A DNA stretch of 64,000 nucleotides from assembly GCA_963828525.1 (NCBI GenBank), contig CAWHEP010000005.1:1-64000 (forward strand). Direction: 5' to 3'. A program made the position numbers and the translations under genes. Positions within the stretch are counted from its first letter, which is position 1; the number at the start of each line of letters is the position of its first letter. Shown piece by piece: positions 61,413 through 64,000 of the stretch. This DNA comes from an uncultured Verrucomicrobiae bacterium (GTDB lineage Bacteria; Verrucomicrobiota; Verrucomicrobiia; Chthoniobacterales; Chthoniobacteraceae). Below the pieces are notes generated by a model that ran no database searches, had not been told where the DNA came from, and was given only the letters and a program-made list of their open reading frames with translations.

Positions 61413-61552
61413 CGTTCAGCGCCACTTTCGCCCAAAAATTGCGCGGCTCCTTTAACATGTTTTGGCTTGCGGCGCAATTTATCGCCACCCGGGGCATCCA
61501 CGCCATTCCGCGGACGTCCATCCGCCTGAAAATCTTGTTTCTGCGCCAGAGC

Positions 61553-62899
61553 TCAACGCTCGCGAAACGGGACGGGCGTCGCAGGTGAAATCCGGAGCAA
61601 ACGTGATGCGTGCGCGGGGAGGGTCGCGCTAAAGCCTTTTCTATTGACTCCAAGATCGGCGCGACTCCAGAGATCCCGCGTCATTGCGTTGCCCGCGAAG
61701 CCGAGTTCGCTCCAAGTCACGGCTACTCCCGCGCTCGCGCTGGAGAGGTTGAATAATGCGACGGTAAATGTACCATCGGGGTTGCGGGATCTCCACACCT
61801 GCTGCGGACTGAGCTGAGCCAGCGGCGCGGCGACGTGGCCTGATTGATCCACCGCAATCACCTCGGGATTCGTCAGCATGGAGTAATCCGCGCCGTCCAC
61901 ATTGCGGATGTCGGCGCCGATATAGAGCGGAGCGCAACTGATCGACCACAGGGTCATGGTTGTTCGGCGCTCGTCGAGTGTAAGGCCCGTGCTGGCGCCA
62001 CTGCCGATTTCCAGCGCGTCCAGGTCATTCCACCCCCCGGGCCCGGCATACCTCGCCCAACGCGCGACATTGTCAAAGCGCCGTGCCACGCGGTTCCATG
62101 TAGTCAGTTGCCGCCCCGCTCCATAGGACTCGATGTCGGCTTCTATTCGCCACCCATTGCTGTACCTCCTCCAGAATTCCGCATACCGGAATTCGAGACT
62201 GCTCGATAACTCCAGCCAGATCGGACGCCCGGTTTTCTTCAACGCCGCGTTCCAGTGCTGGATGTCAGGGCGATTATCCGCCGGAACCTTCCCGTCGCCC
62301 GGGCCGACAAAATCCATTCTGATAAAATCCACTCCCCATGAAGCGACCAGGTCCGCGCAGCTTTGCACATACTCTGCCGCTCCGGGTTTCGCGTAGTCGA
62401 TGCGATCCGCTTTTCCGAGCGTGTTCCCATTTTGATCCGCGTCAGCGATGTCCCTCGCGTGGTAGCGAGTGCCTCGTATCGGAGAGTTCGCGTCCCACAC
62501 ATTCTTCGGCAGTCCGGGCGTGAGATATATTCCCAGCTTCAGACCTTTGCGATGCAGGTGCTCAGCAAGCGAAAGGATGCCGCTGGGGAACCTTGTGAGA
62601 TCGGGCTTCGGCCGTCCGAATTCATCAACTCCTTCGGACCATCCAGCGTCGATATTCACATAGGTATATCCGGACGCTTTGAACTTCGCGCCGAGCGCGT
62701 CAGCCTGTATCCTGATCTCGCCTTCGGTCGGGTGATTTCTGTAAAGACTCCAGCTGCTCCAGCCCATGAACGGGTGATCCGCGAACGCCGCTTCGGGCGC
62801 GGCGTAGGCAGTCAGGATCGCGCTGAGATGCGCGCCGAGGAGCAGAAGCAACCCGCGCCAAACCGATGAGCTGTGATGTTTTTGGATCAACCTCTTCAA
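61553..62899 (-). CDS. Glycoside hydrolase family 27 (alpha-galactosidase-like), secreted
   Basis: MGWSSW, NIDAGW, WGVDFIRMD, WRI..D, WNDLD, APLYIG. Confidence 0.9.
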   Translation of the reverse strand: MKRLIQKHHSSSVWRGLLLLLGAHLSAILTAYAAPEAAFADHPFMGWSSWSLYRNHPTEGEIRIQADALGAKFKASGYTYVNIDAGWSEGVDEFGRPKPDLTRFPSGILSLAEHLHRKGLKLGIYLTPGLPKNVWDANSPIRGTRYHARDIADADQNGNTLGKADRIDYAKPGAAEYVQSCADLVASWGVDFIRMDFVGPGDGKVPADNRPDIQHWNAALKKTGRPIWLELSSSLEFRYAEFWRRYSNGWRIEADIESYGAGRQLTTWNRVARRFDNVARWARYAGPGGWNDLDALEIGSGASTGLTLDERRTTMTLWSISCAPLYIGADIRNVDGADYSMLTNPEVIAVDQSGHVAAPLAQLSPQQVWRSRNPDGTFTVALFNLSSASAGVAVTWSELGFAGNAMTRDLWSRADLGVNRKGFSATLPAHASRLLRISPATPVPFRER

Positions 62900-63107
62900 G
62901 CTTCCTTAATCTACCGCCTCCGGTAGAAGGAGTTAAATCACCAAATATTACCTCGCGTCCGCCTGCGGCCGCTCTTTTTCGCGTGTATTTAGGCGGCAAT
63001 ACAGCAGATTGAGGGCGCATGCGCCAACCACACGGCACCCCGTCGCGCCTGGGAGTTTCCTTCGCTGTCCTTTTCCTGGGGAACACTTACTGCTCGGCTT
63101 GAAACGC

Positions 63108-64000
63108 ATGCGGTTCTCCCTGCTCTCGCTGTCAGTGATCTGTCTCTGCCTTTCGGGGAATGTCTGCCACGCCGATACCCCAGCGAAGGAACTGGACGAA
63201 ATCGCGGAGGAAGGCTCTCCCGGGGTAGATGTTCCTCCGAGAATATTCCATGTCGCTCCAGGCGGCGATGACCGATGGAGCGGCGCCTTGGAGCATCCCA
63301 ACGCCGACGCAACGGACGGTCCGCTGGCAACTCTGGGGGGAGCCCGGGATGCAATCCGGCGCTCGCGGCACTCCGCTGAGCCTCATGAGGCCGCGCGCGT
63401 AGTGATCGCCTCCGGCTTGTATTGCCTGTTGGCGCCCTTCGTCCTCGAGGCTCGGGACGGTGGAACGAGGGATTTCCCTGTTAGCTATGAAGCCGCTCCA
63501 GGCGCCGCGCCTATCTTTAGCGGAGGCCGGCACATAGGAGGTTGGACCCGAGGGGAAAGCGGACTCTGGTCGACGATGGTGCCGGGCGTAAAGGAGGGGC
63601 AATGGTATTTCGAGCAACTCTGGGTGGACGGGCGACGCGCAGCGCGAGCCAGGACGCCCTCTTTGGGCTTTTCATACATGCTCGACGTCCGCGAGGAGGA
63701 CTCACGGGTCACAATCCAGGCGCGCCCCGAGGATTTGCAGTTGCTGAAAAGTGTTGGAGGCCCGGAATTGAAAGACGTAAGCCTTCTCGCGTTCCATAAA
63801 TGGGATACCACCCGCCGGTTCATAGAGTCTCTGGACGCTGGGAAAGGCTTGATTACGCTGCGCGGCAAACAGCTTCAATCCTGGAGCCGCATGGAGAAAG
63901 GGACGCCATTTTTTCTCGAGAATTTCAGAGCCGCGCTCATGACGCCAGGGGAATGGTTTTTGGCCCGGGACGGCAGGTTAACCTATATGCCGCGTCCAGG
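63108..64000 (+). CDS. Secreted carbohydrate-active protein, probably right-handed beta-helix family; frameshift near 63310, runs off window
   Basis: Manual translation: signal peptide, FHVAPGGDDRWSG, GPLATL..ARDAIR, FSGGR, QLWVDGRRA.RARTP, PGEWF. Confidence 0.65.
   Translation, partial: MRFSLLSLSVICLCLSGNVCHADTPAKELDEIAEEGSPGVDVPPRIFHVAPGGDDRWSGALEHPNADATDGPLATLGGARDAIRRSRHSAEPHEAARVVIASGLYCLLAPFVLEARDGGTRDFPVSYEAAPGAAPIFSGGRHIGGWTRGESGLWSTMVPGVKEGQWYFEQLWVDGRRAARARTPSLGFSYMLDVREEDSRVTIQARPEDLQLLKSVGGPELKDVSLLAFHKWDTTRRFIESLDAGKGLITLRGKQLQSWSRMEKGTPFFLENFRAALMTPGEWFLARDGRLTYMPRP

Overview
GC-rich bacterial chromosome segment. Gene content (PEP-CTERM protein, pilin-like protein, vWA/coiled-coil/prenyltransferase operon, integrase type) suggests Verrucomicrobiota; this is an inference. 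Many genes are broken by single-base indels, densest at ~25-47 kb, so many 'pseudogenes' are probably long-read errors. Housekeeping and envelope genes occupy 1-23.4 kb (AlgI/AlgX-like pair, glycosyltransferases, bioF, treZ/treY, nadK, tlyA) and 37-64 kb (xfp-ppk2-ackA-aldolase cluster, large glycosyltransferase, GH27). They flank an accessory island that starts at tRNA-Gly(CCC) with a 5'-truncated tyrosine integrase. The island carries a type I-G (I-U) interference operon (cas3, cas8g/csx17, csb1, csb2) and a truncated cas4, but I found no cas1, cas2 or conventional array. Instead there are two single-spacer mini-arrays of divergent I-G-like repeats on the minus strand. Spacer 1 matches the adjacent divergent promoter region behind a TTT PAM at 15 of 17 positions, with mismatches at positions 6, 12 and 18, the pattern expected for Cascade-guided repression. 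Mini-array 2 lies between cas3 and cas8g, directly upstream of a RelE/ParE-like toxin-antitoxin pair, and partially matches its own putative promoter behind a TTC PAM. The best candidate system is an array-less type I-G Cascade that represses its own operon and a protein toxin-antitoxin module through two regulatory crRNA-like RNAs.
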